DNA from: Armatimonadota bacterium
GTDB taxonomy: Bacteria > Armatimonadota > Zipacnadia > Zipacnadales > UBA5352
Assembly: GCA_034722055.1 (NCBI GenBank)
Contig: JAYENL010000228.1
Coordinates: 1 to 26,584 of the forward strand
Direction of reading: 5' to 3'
DNA: 26,584 nt
The notes beneath the pieces were generated by a model, which saw nothing but the letters and a program-made list of their open reading frames with translations, had not been told where the DNA came from and did no database searches. The position numbers and the translations under genes are program-made. Positions 8,206 to 17,344 of the stretch are shown here, in pieces (position 1 is the first letter of the stretch; every line of letters starts with the position of its first letter).

Positions 8206-11200
8206 ATGCGAACCGGGGCGAGAGGTTTCAGTCCGGGAGCACTGATGACGGCTGCGGCAGGGATGGCGACGATGGCGATGACCTGTGGCGTGACGTCGGC
8301 GCAGGACCTGTCCGCACGTGACTACCACATCGACACCACGCTGGTGGCGGAGGGCGAGCCTCAGGTCGTCATCGTCTCCAGCGACGTCCGGCCGGCCTAC
8401 GCCGCCATCGCCCGCCGGGTCCAGGACCGTATCCGCGAGCTGTCCGGCGTCGAGGCGCCCATCATCGAGGCCGCCGGGACATCCACCGACGAGGTCCTGG
8501 GCGACCGCAGCGCCATCGTCCTGGGCAACCTCGCCACCAGCACCTTCGTGGAGGAGCTCTACTGGCAGTGGTACTGCATCCTGGACACGTGGTACCCCGG
8601 CCCCGGCGGATATGTGCTGCGCACACTTCACGACCCCTACGGCACCGGCCGCAACGTCATCTTTCTCGGCGGCAGCGATGATGAGGGCGTCAGCCGCGCG
8701 GCGGATGCCCTCTGCCAGGTGCTCGACGAGGGGGAGCCCCTGACCGTCGGACGGCTGATGCAGATCGAGCTGGGCGAGAACCATGCGGTGCCGCCGGAGG
8801 GCGAGGGGATGGACCCCCGCCTGCGCATCTTCTACGAGCCACTGGAGCACCGGACCGTCCACGAGTGCCCTCTCGGCTTCACCGACGCCACCCTCGCCGG
8901 CCTGCGCTACTACTACAATGGCGACGAGGAGGCCCTGGCACGCTTCCGCGACCTGGCCCTGAACACGGACCTGCTCAGCAGCACCTACCACTACTACGCC
9001 CACATGCACGCCATCATCTGGGACCTCATCGAGGAGAGCTCATTCTTCTCCGATGAGGACCGGCGCGCCATCACCGAGAAGCTGCTGGAGTACGCCCGCG
9101 GACCGGAGGGCACGGCCGGTCGCGAGACGCTGACCAATGACGCCGCGCTGCACAACGCCAGCGAGAAGCTCCTCGACCGCCACTCCGCCATGCGCGCCAA
9201 CTGCATCCTCACCCACAGCCGCTACTTCAACAAGCACTGGCCGGCCGCGGAGTGGGAGGAGAACCTGGAGGCCGTGCGCGCCTACTTCGACCGCTCCATG
9301 ACCAGCGCCAAGGGATGGCGTGACGAGGGGAACATGCACACCTACCTGGAGTGCCCGCTGATGGCGGCGCTGCTGCTGCGCGACCGGCGCATGGTTGAGA
9401 GCGGCGCCCTCCGGCACTACGCCGAGCTGGTGCTCATGTTCTGCAACAACAACGGGTACATGACCACCTTCGGCGGCGGCTATCCCGGTAGCGTCCTTCG
9501 GGCCTCCGCCGCCCTGCTGGATGACCCGGGCTTTCTGGCCACGCTCCCCCGCCATGCGGAGGCCGAGCGCGCCGAGGGCCGATACCGCGTCCCCTACGGC
9601 TTCATGAACGGACAGGCCTGGGACGTGGGGCTCCAGCCCCAGCCCATGGAGAGGATGGTCGGGGTCTACCACCGACCGCTGACCCGCTGGCAGTGGGAGT
9701 ACTACGGGAGGGGCTTCGACTTCGAGAAGGGCATGGACAAGCTCACGATGCGCTCGGGCTTCGGCCGAGATGACCAGTATCTTCTGCTGGACGGCATCTC
9801 CGTGGGCGGCGGCAAGCCCAACCCCAACCGCAACGCCATCCTGTCGCTGGGCGAGAATGGTCAGACGCTGCTGCTCGGCGGCGCGCGGTCCATGGTCGTC
9901 TCCCGCGAAGGGCTGGGGGAGGCGGAGGGCCAGATCGTCTCCCTGGAGACCACCGCCGACCTTGCGACCTTCGGCTACAGCCACACCCGGGCCGCCGACC
10001 ACCCATTCGCGGCCTGGGACCGGCACATCTTCTGGCGCAAGGGCGAGTGGTTCGCCGTCCTCGACCAGGTGACCGCCCGCGAGGCCGGCCGGCACAGCGT
10101 CGTCTGCAACTGGCGACCGCTGGGCAGCCTGGAGGTGACCGGCCACACCGCGTCCGCCGCCCGCGGGGAGGGCCAGGACCGCGCCGTCATCCACATCACC
10201 CCTGCAGAGCCGGTTCGCATCGATACCACCGGCAACGTGGTGCGCCAGACGCAGTTCCGGGGGATGAGCGCGGGTGAGCAGGCGGTGACCACGAACCTCA
10301 TCTACGTTGAGGGCGAGCGCGCGCCCAACAGGTACAGCATCGCGAAGGTGAGCCCGCACGCCGCCGTCCTCAGCGGCAGGGAGCAGGCGTACTTCGGTCT
10401 CGCGCCCGACGGCGCCTTCGAGCGAGGGGGTGTCGCGATCCGCGGGGCCGCATTCTGCCTGTCACCGGACTCACTCGCCCTCGTGCAGGGGACTTCGCTT
10501 CGCTGCAGCGCCATCGCCATCAGCGCCTCCGCTCCGTGCAATATGGAGCTCCAGCCACAGCCGGGCCGGGTGACTGTAGAGACCACCGAGGATCTGACCG
10601 TCACCATCGGCGGCGAGGCCCATCACTGCGAGCCCGGGATACACAGCTTCGACGCCACGCTTGAGGGCGACGATCCCTTCACCGAGCTTCTCGCCGCCAT
10701 CCGGCAGGATGCGGCCTCCCCGCGGCCGGAGCCTCCCGCCGCAGTCCCCGCGGACCTGCCCGAGCTACCGGTGGCCTGGAGCCGCAGGGTCGGCGATCCC
10801 GGCTCCTATCTCTGCTACCATGTGGGCGACGTGGACGCGAGCGGCCGCGACGAGATCCTCGTCGGCATGAAGGACGGGCGCGCCGTCTGCCTCGACGACA
10901 GCGGCGAGACGCTCTGGGAGTATGCAACGGACGGCCCTGTGCGGGCGCTCGCACACGCCACGCTGGCGGGGCAGCCGGCGGTGCTCGTCGGCTCCGAGGA
11001 CGAGCACGTGCACGCCATCACCGCCGACGGTCAGACGGTGCTGTGGACGCACAAGTGCCATGTGTCCGAGGAGCGCTACCAGGCCGCGCCGTGGTGGATG
11101 ATGGGCTTCCGAGCGCCGGTGCTGGAGATCCTCCCCACGGACCTCGACGGCGATGGCGCGGTTGAGGTCATCTGCGGCACCGGCGGGGGCTTCGTGGAGG

Positions 11201-11913
11201 CGCTCTCCGCCGACGGGGAGCGACTGTGGATGCGCGAGTTCTTCTGGGGCCTCCCGAACCACATCATCACCGCCCCTGCCCCTGACGGCTCCACGCACCT
11301 TCTCGTGAACGCCACCACCAGCGCCTGTGGCAGCCATACGTGGCGCCTGGACGCCGCCGGCGAGATCATCAGCAAGAACGCCCTCGACACCGGCCGCGGG
11401 TCCTGGGATTCCACGCTCGTGCAGGCCTGCGAGGTGGTGCAGATGGACGAGGCCGGCACGCCCATGGCCATCGTCGGGCGCGGCGGCGCATTCGACGAGC
11501 TGGCGCTGCACGACGCGGTCACGGGGGAGCGGAGGTGGAGGCACCCGCTCGCCGACAGGGCGACCACCGTTGCCGCCGTGGACCTCGATGGCGATGGCAC
11601 GAGAGAGGTGCTGGCCGGCTCGGTGTCCGCATGGCTGTGCGCCTTCGACCTTGCCGGCGACCTCCAGTGGGCCACGCTGCTCCCGAACGAGGTGCTGGCG
11701 GTGACGACGGCCAGCGACGGCCTGCTGGCGCAGTGCGCCGACGGCAACATCTACCGCCTGTCGCTCGCCGGCGAGTTCACCGGCGTGCATGCGCCCGAGT
11801 CCCCGGCCGCGCCCTCCTACCGCAACCACTGGCGGTTCCAGCGCCTCGATGGCAGCGTGCTCATCGGAGACAACAGCGGCATGCTCGCGCCGCTGCAGGT
11901 CGCTGGCCAGTAG
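8206..11913 (+). CDS. Secreted heparinase II/III-like (polysaccharide-lyase-fold) protein with C-terminal FG-GAP/PQQ-like beta-propeller; paralog of 17345..21541
   Basis: Signal-peptide-like N-terminus; N-domain YVLRTLHDPYGTGRNVIFLGGSD; helical core; beta region DKLTMRSGFGRDDQYLLLDG...WDRHIFWRKGEWFAVLDQV; DLDGDGxxE Ca-binding repeats in the C-terminus. Start could alternatively be 8245. Confidence 0.75.
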   Translation: MRTGARGFSPGALMTAAAGMATMAMTCGVTSAQDLSARDYHIDTTLVAEGEPQVVIVSSDVRPAYAAIARRVQDRIRELSGVEAPIIEAAGTSTDEVLGDRSAIVLGNLATSTFVEELYWQWYCILDTWYPGPGGYVLRTLHDPYGTGRNVIFLGGSDDEGVSRAADALCQVLDEGEPLTVGRLMQIELGENHAVPPEGEGMDPRLRIFYEPLEHRTVHECPLGFTDATLAGLRYYYNGDEEALARFRDLALNTDLLSSTYHYYAHMHAIIWDLIEESSFFSDEDRRAITEKLLEYARGPEGTAGRETLTNDAALHNASEKLLDRHSAMRANCILTHSRYFNKHWPAAEWEENLEAVRAYFDRSMTSAKGWRDEGNMHTYLECPLMAALLLRDRRMVESGALRHYAELVLMFCNNNGYMTTFGGGYPGSVLRASAALLDDPGFLATLPRHAEAERAEGRYRVPYGFMNGQAWDVGLQPQPMERMVGVYHRPLTRWQWEYYGRGFDFEKGMDKLTMRSGFGRDDQYLLLDGISVGGGKPNPNRNAILSLGENGQTLLLGGARSMVVSREGLGEAEGQIVSLETTADLATFGYSHTRAADHPFAAWDRHIFWRKGEWFAVLDQVTAREAGRHSVVCNWRPLGSLEVTGHTASAARGEGQDRAVIHITPAEPVRIDTTGNVVRQTQFRGMSAGEQAVTTNLIYVEGERAPNRYSIAKVSPHAAVLSGREQAYFGLAPDGAFERGGVAIRGAAFCLSPDSLALVQGTSLRCSAIAISASAPCNMELQPQPGRVTVETTEDLTVTIGGEAHHCEPGIHSFDATLEGDDPFTELLAAIRQDAASPRPEPPAAVPADLPELPVAWSRRVGDPGSYLCYHVGDVDASGRDEILVGMKDGRAVCLDDSGETLWEYATDGPVRALAHATLAGQPAVLVGSEDEHVHAITADGQTVLWTHKCHVSEERYQAAPWWMMGFRAPVLEILPTDLDGDGAVEVICGTGGGFVEALSADGERLWMREFFWGLPNHIITAPAPDGSTHLLVNATTSACGSHTWRLDAAGEIISKNALDTGRGSWDSTLVQACEVVQMDEAGTPMAIVGRGGAFDELALHDAVTGERRWRHPLADRATTVAAVDLDGDGTREVLAGSVSAWLCAFDLAGDLQWATLLPNEVLAVTTASDGLLAQCADGNIYRLSLAGEFTGVHAPESPAAPSYRNHWRFQRLDGSVLIGDNSGMLAPLQVAGQ

Positions 11914-11980
11914 GTCGGCAGCCCAGACGGCCGTAGCCGCTCAGCGAGCCGGCGGAGGGGACGTGCGGGAGCACTGCGAC

Positions 11981-12622
11981 TCAGAGGAGGCGCGCGCCGA
12001 GCAATCGGACATAGCCGTACACGAACTCGTGCGAGGTGAAGCGCCCGAACCCGCCGGCGGTGAGCATCTGCCTGAGGTCCAGCGTCAGGAACTCGGTCGC
12101 CAACTCGCACTCCAGGCGCCTGAAGAGCCACCGGAAGGGCCAGGGCATCTTCCCCAGATCGAACTCGTTGTAGTCCAGGATCCACAGGCTGCCGGTCGGT
12201 CGGAGGGCCTGCCGCGCATTGGCGATGATGCGGCGCTTGTCGCGGTCCTCGAAGCCGTGGAGGGTGAAGGATATGAACACCGCGTCGAACTCCTCGGCGA
12301 AGGGCAGGGGCTCTTCGATCCGCCGCTTCACGAAACGTATCTGAGGCAGACCGTCGCATCGCCGGCGGGCGCGGTGCAGCATCCGCTCGCTGATATCCAC
12401 CCCAACGACGCGACCGCCCGAGCCGGTCCTCTCCCCCATTAGAGCTGCGTTACGACCCGTCCCCGAGCCCAGGTCCAGGATCTCATCTCCGGGCTTGACC
12501 TGCATTCTGGCTGCGACCTGGGCCATGAAGCGCGGATACCTGCCCAGGAAGAGCACATCCATCAGCCGATCGTAGTACGGGGCCCACTGGCCGCTAATCT
12601 CTACCTTGCTTCGGGGGGCCAT
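11981..12622 (-). CDS. Class I SAM-dependent methyltransferase (UbiE/Methyltransf_11/25-like)
   Basis: Start placed at 12622 (MAPRSKVEIS) with AAGGAG upstream. Motif I ILDLGSGTG, VVGVDIS, FDAVFISFTLH, LRPTGSLWILDY. Confidence 0.9.
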   Translation of the reverse strand: MAPRSKVEISGQWAPYYDRLMDVLFLGRYPRFMAQVAARMQVKPGDEILDLGSGTGRNAALMGERTGSGGRVVGVDISERMLHRARRRCDGLPQIRFVKRRIEEPLPFAEEFDAVFISFTLHGFEDRDKRRIIANARQALRPTGSLWILDYNEFDLGKMPWPFRWLFRRLECELATEFLTLDLRQMLTAGGFGRFTSHEFVYGYVRLLGARLL

Positions 12623-12957
12623 TCTCTCTCCTTGATTCTGAGGAGCCTCTCGTGCAGCCGCTCTATGTCCTCCGGGCTGCGCACGCCCAGACCTCTCAGC
12701 GTCTCGAGCACCTGCTCGGCGACACGCTTCCTGTGAATCCAGGTGCACCTCTTGCACGACCACACCTGCTTCCCGGTTCTCTTACTGATCACGTACTCCC
12801 CCAGCGATTCATCTTCACAGGGATAGAACGGGCAGTAGCACCACGTGCAGTCCTCCACAATCGAGTGGCACGGGTAGTACTTGCAGCCCTCGTTGGGGCC
12901 TGCAAGCTCGTATGATTGCAGCACTGTGGCGAAGTGCCGCTCAGCGAGAGGATGCAT
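12601..12957 (-). CDS. Cysteine-rich small domain (zinc-finger-like) protein
   Basis: Start at 12957 (MHPLAERH) after AGGAGA. NEGCKYYPCH...DCTWCYCPFYPC...VWSCKRCTWIH is the cysteine-rich small domain signature. Overlaps the methyltransferase start by 22 nt. Confidence 0.85.
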   Translation of the reverse strand: MHPLAERHFATVLQSYELAGPNEGCKYYPCHSIVEDCTWCYCPFYPCEDESLGEYVISKRTGKQVWSCKRCTWIHRKRVAEQVLETLRGLGVRSPEDIERLHERLLRIKEREWPPEAR

Positions 12958-13273
12958 TCTCCTGACACCCCGGTTGTGCTGCCTCTTTCCGACGTGCGAA
13001 GGTTGACGGTCAGCCAAGCTTCTCGATGGCGAGATACCTCAGCGATGGTCCTTTCCGAGCGGCCGCCGTTTATCCTCCGAGTCTCCGCCGCGGCTCTCCC
13101 CTCGTGCCGACGCCACGCTGCCGCCATGCTCGCGCTCACGTCGCCGACCGGGAACTCGATCCTGCGCCAGCCTTCGGGCAGAGCGCGCCCCCGCTCCCTG
13201 CACAAGTAACCGGGCAGGTGACAGCTCCGCGAATGCGGAACGGATGGGCAGTGCGCTGTTGGAGGAGGAGACC

Positions 13274-14005
13274 ATGAGCTGGGGACGGATGGCGGGAGCG
13301 GCCCTACTCCTGGCGGGTACGCTGGCGGCTGCGGATATGGACGATGACGCCGAGGCCCGGGAGCTGCTGGCCCGCTTTGAGGCCATGGGGGAGACCGGCC
13401 GCTACGTCGATGACGGCTTCGACCAGGACGCCGAGCGGCAGATCCATGGGCCCGTGGGCTTCGGTCCCGGCCGGTCCGGCCGGCAGGATGACCGCGCGGC
13501 GGTCTTCCCTGCCTCCGATGAGCGCGAGGTCTACGTCTACTACGGCCCGTATGTGGCGCTGCGCGGAGGGCTCGCCTTCGACTTCACCGTGATCGCCGAC
13601 CCGGGGCGGGAGCGGCCCTGGACGGTGCTGCAGGTGGGGACGGCCGGCAACATGGCGATGCTGTGCGCGGTCACCCCCGACGGCGTGCTCCATGCCACGA
13701 TCACGACCCGCCGCGGCCGCATCCCGCTGTTCACCGATCCCCTGAGCTTCGGCGAGTGGCACTCGGCCCGCCTGCTCTACGGCCCCGAGGGCTCGGTGCT
13801 GGTCGTGGATGGCGCCATCCAGGACTTCGCCATCGATCCCAGCGTGCCCTGGAACTACGACAGCAGCAACGCCATGTACCTGGGCGACCGGCCCTACTGG
13901 AGCGCCCGCCGCAGGGAGGGCTACTTCGCCGAGCATGACCACCTTGTGGGATCGATCGACAATCTCAGCGTCGTGAGACTCGAGCCGGGAGGCGAAGAGC
14001 AGTGA
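13274..14005 (+). CDS. Secreted LamG/concanavalin A-like domain protein
   Basis: GGAGGAGGAG RBS then ATG 13274; signal peptide; GEWHSARLLY...LVVDG...MYLG...LVGSIDNLSV resembles LamG-type C-terminal strands. Confidence 0.7.
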   Translation: MSWGRMAGAALLLAGTLAAADMDDDAEARELLARFEAMGETGRYVDDGFDQDAERQIHGPVGFGPGRSGRQDDRAAVFPASDEREVYVYYGPYVALRGGLAFDFTVIADPGRERPWTVLQVGTAGNMAMLCAVTPDGVLHATITTRRGRIPLFTDPLSFGEWHSARLLYGPEGSVLVVDGAIQDFAIDPSVPWNYDSSNAMYLGDRPYWSARRREGYFAEHDHLVGSIDNLSVVRLEPGGEEQ

Positions 14006-16878
14006 AGCGCGTGACGCTGGCAGGGCTTGCGGTGGCCGTCTGTCTCGCGCCCGCGTGGTCGCAGGAAGCGAGATCGAAGGTGTGGCCCATCGTGGACGAG
14101 GGCGTGGCCCACATGATCGAGGGCCTCCCGAACGCCGAGTGCCTCGGCTACCCGATGCCCGAGGACGCCGAGGAGCCGCCCGAGGGCATTCACGCCGTCG
14201 TGGAGCTGCCGACCTACCTGGAGCTGATCTCGAACACCTTCCGCTACTCCAGGCCGATGGACAGGCCGGCGGTGGAGGAGATGACCCGCGACGGGCGGCC
14301 CTACAGGCGCTACACCTTCCCGCCAGTGCAGGGCGTCTCCGGGGGCTGGGCCAAGTTCTGGGCCCACTGGGTTCCGCGGCCGACCGACGCGGATCGCCAG
14401 GACCCCGGCGTCTTCGCGTGGCACTTCGTCACCCCCGACGGCCCGGAGCCGGAGCAGTCGCGGCCCATCGAGCTGCTGCCGGAGCTGCCGGACGTCCGAC
14501 CGCCGGAGCGCATCACCTCCACCATGTACACCTGCCCGGCGCTGAACATGGAGCCGCCAGCTCTGCCGCTGGGCCTGGAGCTGGTGCAGCGGACGGGCAT
14601 CAACCTGCTCGGCGCGTGGGAGAGCACGCCCGAGGCGCTGGCGGAGGCGGGCTGCGGGGACATGGGGATCCGCCTGCAGCTCAATCACGGGGGCATCTCG
14701 GGATGGCCCGACATGGCGCCGTCGGGCCCCGAGGAGTACACCCGTGACAGGCACGGCGAGATCGTGGAGAGGCAGGACCCGCAGTACGTGCTCGACCGCG
14801 ATGGCGAGCCGTGGGCTCGATCTCGGCGGGTGGCGGCGTCGCTTGCGGCCAGGGGCTACGTGCTGGCCGAGGACATCGAATGGCAGCCGGTCTTCGACAC
14901 CGGCTTCAGCGAGGCCGGCATCCGTGCCTTCGCCGAGATGTTTGACCTCAACGCCGGGGAGCTGACGCCGCAGATCATCTGGGAGCGGCACCGCACACGG
15001 TGGGGCGACTTCCGCGCCGACCAGTACCTGCGCCTGGCCGCCTATCTGACGGAGGCGGCCCACGAGGCCAACCCTGACTGCCTGGTCACCTGGCTGCCCG
15101 GAGCGCCGTACACGACCACAGACGGCGAGCTGATGTCCGATATGATCGAGCTGGGCGAGGATGATCTGGGCCGCATGGTCTACTGCATCTTCCCCTTCCC
15201 CACCGGACGCATGCACGAGGGGTTCGACATCCTTCAGCCCATGTGGTACAGCCATGGCATCGGTCAGGTGAGGATGGCCTTCGAGCGCTGCCGGGCCATC
15301 GTGCCCCGCATCACCGTCCCGCTGATGCCGCTGTTCCTGGGCCAGGGCCGGGAGTTCTACTATCCTGGCGGCGACCCCGGGGAGGTGCTGCGGGCCATGA
15401 TCTGGGCCGCGCTGCTGGGCGGTGCCGAGGGCTACGGCTTCTGGCAGAACGAGTTCAGCTCACTGCAGCTCACCTGGCTGGCGCGGGCCAACCGGGAGGT
15501 GGCCGAGGTCGAGGATGTCCTCATGGACGGCGGCCCCGACCCGGCCGGCGTCGAGATCGAGCCCATGCCCAAGCGCCGGTTCACCCTCGTCAGCGGCGAG
15601 CAGCGCCGGGTGTTTCCCGTCCCCGACTTCTACCAGGTGGCGCTGAACCGGGCCTTCGCGCACGGCGACCGGCGGCTGATCGGGATCATCAACCTCGATC
15701 AGGGACTGGAGGTCTACTACCGGCTGCGCGTGGCCGGGCTGCCGGCAGGCGATTACGCCTGCGTCAACGTCAGCGAGGAGGCGCTGGTGGTGCCGGAGGC
15801 GGACGCGCTGAGCTTCACCGCCGAGCAGCTCGCGGCGGGTCTGACCATGGTGACGCCGGCGCAGTACGGCGTCACGCTCCTGGACATCCGGCCGGCCGAG
15901 GAGGCGGACGTGGCGGAGCTGGGCCGCCAGGTGATCGCGGACATCGAGGCCGCGTATGCGGACTGCCGTGAGCCGGACACCGAGGGCGCGCTGCTGGCAC
16001 AGCGCGGCGGCCTCACCATCCGGTACGACGTGGCGCCGGGAGCCGCCGACCCGCTGATCCTGCTCGAGAGCGCCGACCAGCAGGTGTGGCTCAACCCCCA
16101 CTCGGGCGGCGTCATCCGCAACTGGCTGGTGCGGGAGGGCGCGCGGCGGCCTGTGAGGATGACCCAGCCCCAGGCCGGCGCGGCCATGGACCTGTTCTGG
16201 AGCCCGCCTGACGCCCAGTGGTCCGGCGACGAGCGCGCAGCCTATGAGGTCCTCTACACCAAGATCCACGGCGGTAAGGCCTACGTGCGACTCCGGCAGG
16301 TCAAGTCGAATCCGGCCCTCAGCGGCCTGGTGCTCACCAAGACCATCGCGATCCCCGAGCGGGGGACCGACGTGGAGGTGGCGGTGGACATCGAGAACCA
16401 GGGACCGGCGCCGGAGGTCGGCTTCTGCTACTGGGCGCATCACATGTTCCAGGTGGGGCGGGAGGAGCCTGCCGCCGTGGAGGAGCAGCGGCCGGAGATC
16501 TACATGCAGACGGGGGAGGGCGTGGCCCGCGCCCCCACCGATGAGTCGGCCGTCTGGACGAGGCCGGATGAGCCCACCACGCCGGGCAATGAGAACTGGG
16601 AGAGGAAGGCCCGCAACGGGGTGACCACCGGCGACTGGATCGCGCAGTACAGCCCCGCCACGGGCGAGGCAGTCCTGTGCCAGGTGGAGCACCCGTCACC
16701 AGCGCAGTTCTATAGCTGGCGGCAGCCGGACACGGGGATGGAGCTGTCCTGCGAGTGGATGTACCCGCACGTCGTCCTGCCGGCCGGTGAGAGCTGGGAG
16801 ACCCGCTACCTGCTGCGGTACGTGCCCGAGGTGGAGCCGGAGCAGCTTCCCAAGCGGCTCCTCCCCAGCGTCCCGTAG
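14002..16878 (+). CDS. Secreted 958-aa putative glycoside-hydrolase-like protein (TIM-barrel-like core, C-terminal galactose-mutarotase-like beta-sandwich)
   Basis: GTGA overlap with the upstream stop; signal peptide ending AWS|Q. AEDIEW, FDILQPMWY and AALLGGAEGYGFW are patterns seen in uncharacterised GH-like barrels; LTKTIAI...FCYWAHHMF...SCEWMY...LPAGESWETRY resembles the mutarotase-like fold. Function not established. Confidence 0.65.
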   Translation: MKRVTLAGLAVAVCLAPAWSQEARSKVWPIVDEGVAHMIEGLPNAECLGYPMPEDAEEPPEGIHAVVELPTYLELISNTFRYSRPMDRPAVEEMTRDGRPYRRYTFPPVQGVSGGWAKFWAHWVPRPTDADRQDPGVFAWHFVTPDGPEPEQSRPIELLPELPDVRPPERITSTMYTCPALNMEPPALPLGLELVQRTGINLLGAWESTPEALAEAGCGDMGIRLQLNHGGISGWPDMAPSGPEEYTRDRHGEIVERQDPQYVLDRDGEPWARSRRVAASLAARGYVLAEDIEWQPVFDTGFSEAGIRAFAEMFDLNAGELTPQIIWERHRTRWGDFRADQYLRLAAYLTEAAHEANPDCLVTWLPGAPYTTTDGELMSDMIELGEDDLGRMVYCIFPFPTGRMHEGFDILQPMWYSHGIGQVRMAFERCRAIVPRITVPLMPLFLGQGREFYYPGGDPGEVLRAMIWAALLGGAEGYGFWQNEFSSLQLTWLARANREVAEVEDVLMDGGPDPAGVEIEPMPKRRFTLVSGEQRRVFPVPDFYQVALNRAFAHGDRRLIGIINLDQGLEVYYRLRVAGLPAGDYACVNVSEEALVVPEADALSFTAEQLAAGLTMVTPAQYGVTLLDIRPAEEADVAELGRQVIADIEAAYADCREPDTEGALLAQRGGLTIRYDVAPGAADPLILLESADQQVWLNPHSGGVIRNWLVREGARRPVRMTQPQAGAAMDLFWSPPDAQWSGDERAAYEVLYTKIHGGKAYVRLRQVKSNPALSGLVLTKTIAIPERGTDVEVAVDIENQGPAPEVGFCYWAHHMFQVGREEPAAVEEQRPEIYMQTGEGVARAPTDESAVWTRPDEPTTPGNENWERKARNGVTTGDWIAQYSPATGEAVLCQVEHPSPAQFYSWRQPDTGMELSCEWMYPHVVLPAGESWETRYLLRYVPEVEPEQLPKRLLPSVP

Positions 16879-17320
16879 GCTGCATTATCCGCGCAGGTCG
16901 GCGTGCGCCTGACGTAAACGGCGTGCAGGCGAGGGCGCCTGCAGTACTTGACGTGCGGGCCCGGGTGGAACCTGAGCGGCGCCGCAACCAGGCGCGCGAA
17001 GTCGGACCGCGCGTTGAACGGCCGGCGGGTCTGAAGACGCCGCCGCTCCGGACAACACGGGGCCGGCTTCGGGGTGGTTGCTCGCGCAACCGCTCCTCAG
17101 GACGGCCCCTTGGGGGCGGCGACAGGCGCATCGGCGTCATACTGACTGGCACGGGTACCTCTCCGGTGCCGTGCCATGAGAACGCACGTGAGCCTGCAAT
17201 GGAGGGGCCGCCTGAGCGCGCCGCAACCAGGCGCGCGAAGTCGGCCCGCATGCTGCCGAAGGGGATTCGCCGTCCCGCGGCGCAGAAGCACAACGGTCCC
17301 CGCTGGCTCGGGGCACTTCG
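16879..17320. repeat. Intergenic REP/BIME-like mosaic cluster
   Basis: 16916-16982 is the reverse complement of 6406-6472 (61/67); ~40-nt direct repeat at 16971-17010 and 17211-17249; REP-like hairpin GGCGGGTCTGAAGACGCCGCCGCTCC at 17024-17049; hairpins near 17073-17094 and 17148-17175. Confidence 0.75.
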
Positions 17321-17344
17321 CGGATGGAACAGGGAGTGAAAGAG

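Noticed and set aside
12623..12763. N-terminal extension of the methyltransferase given in the ORF track
   Set aside because: It overlaps the cysteine-rich gene in another frame; a good RBS precedes the ATG at 12622.
12958..13273. Cobalamin riboswitch upstream of the cysteine-rich gene
   Set aside because: No recognisable B12-box or GGGAA...GCAACTGT-type core on the minus strand.
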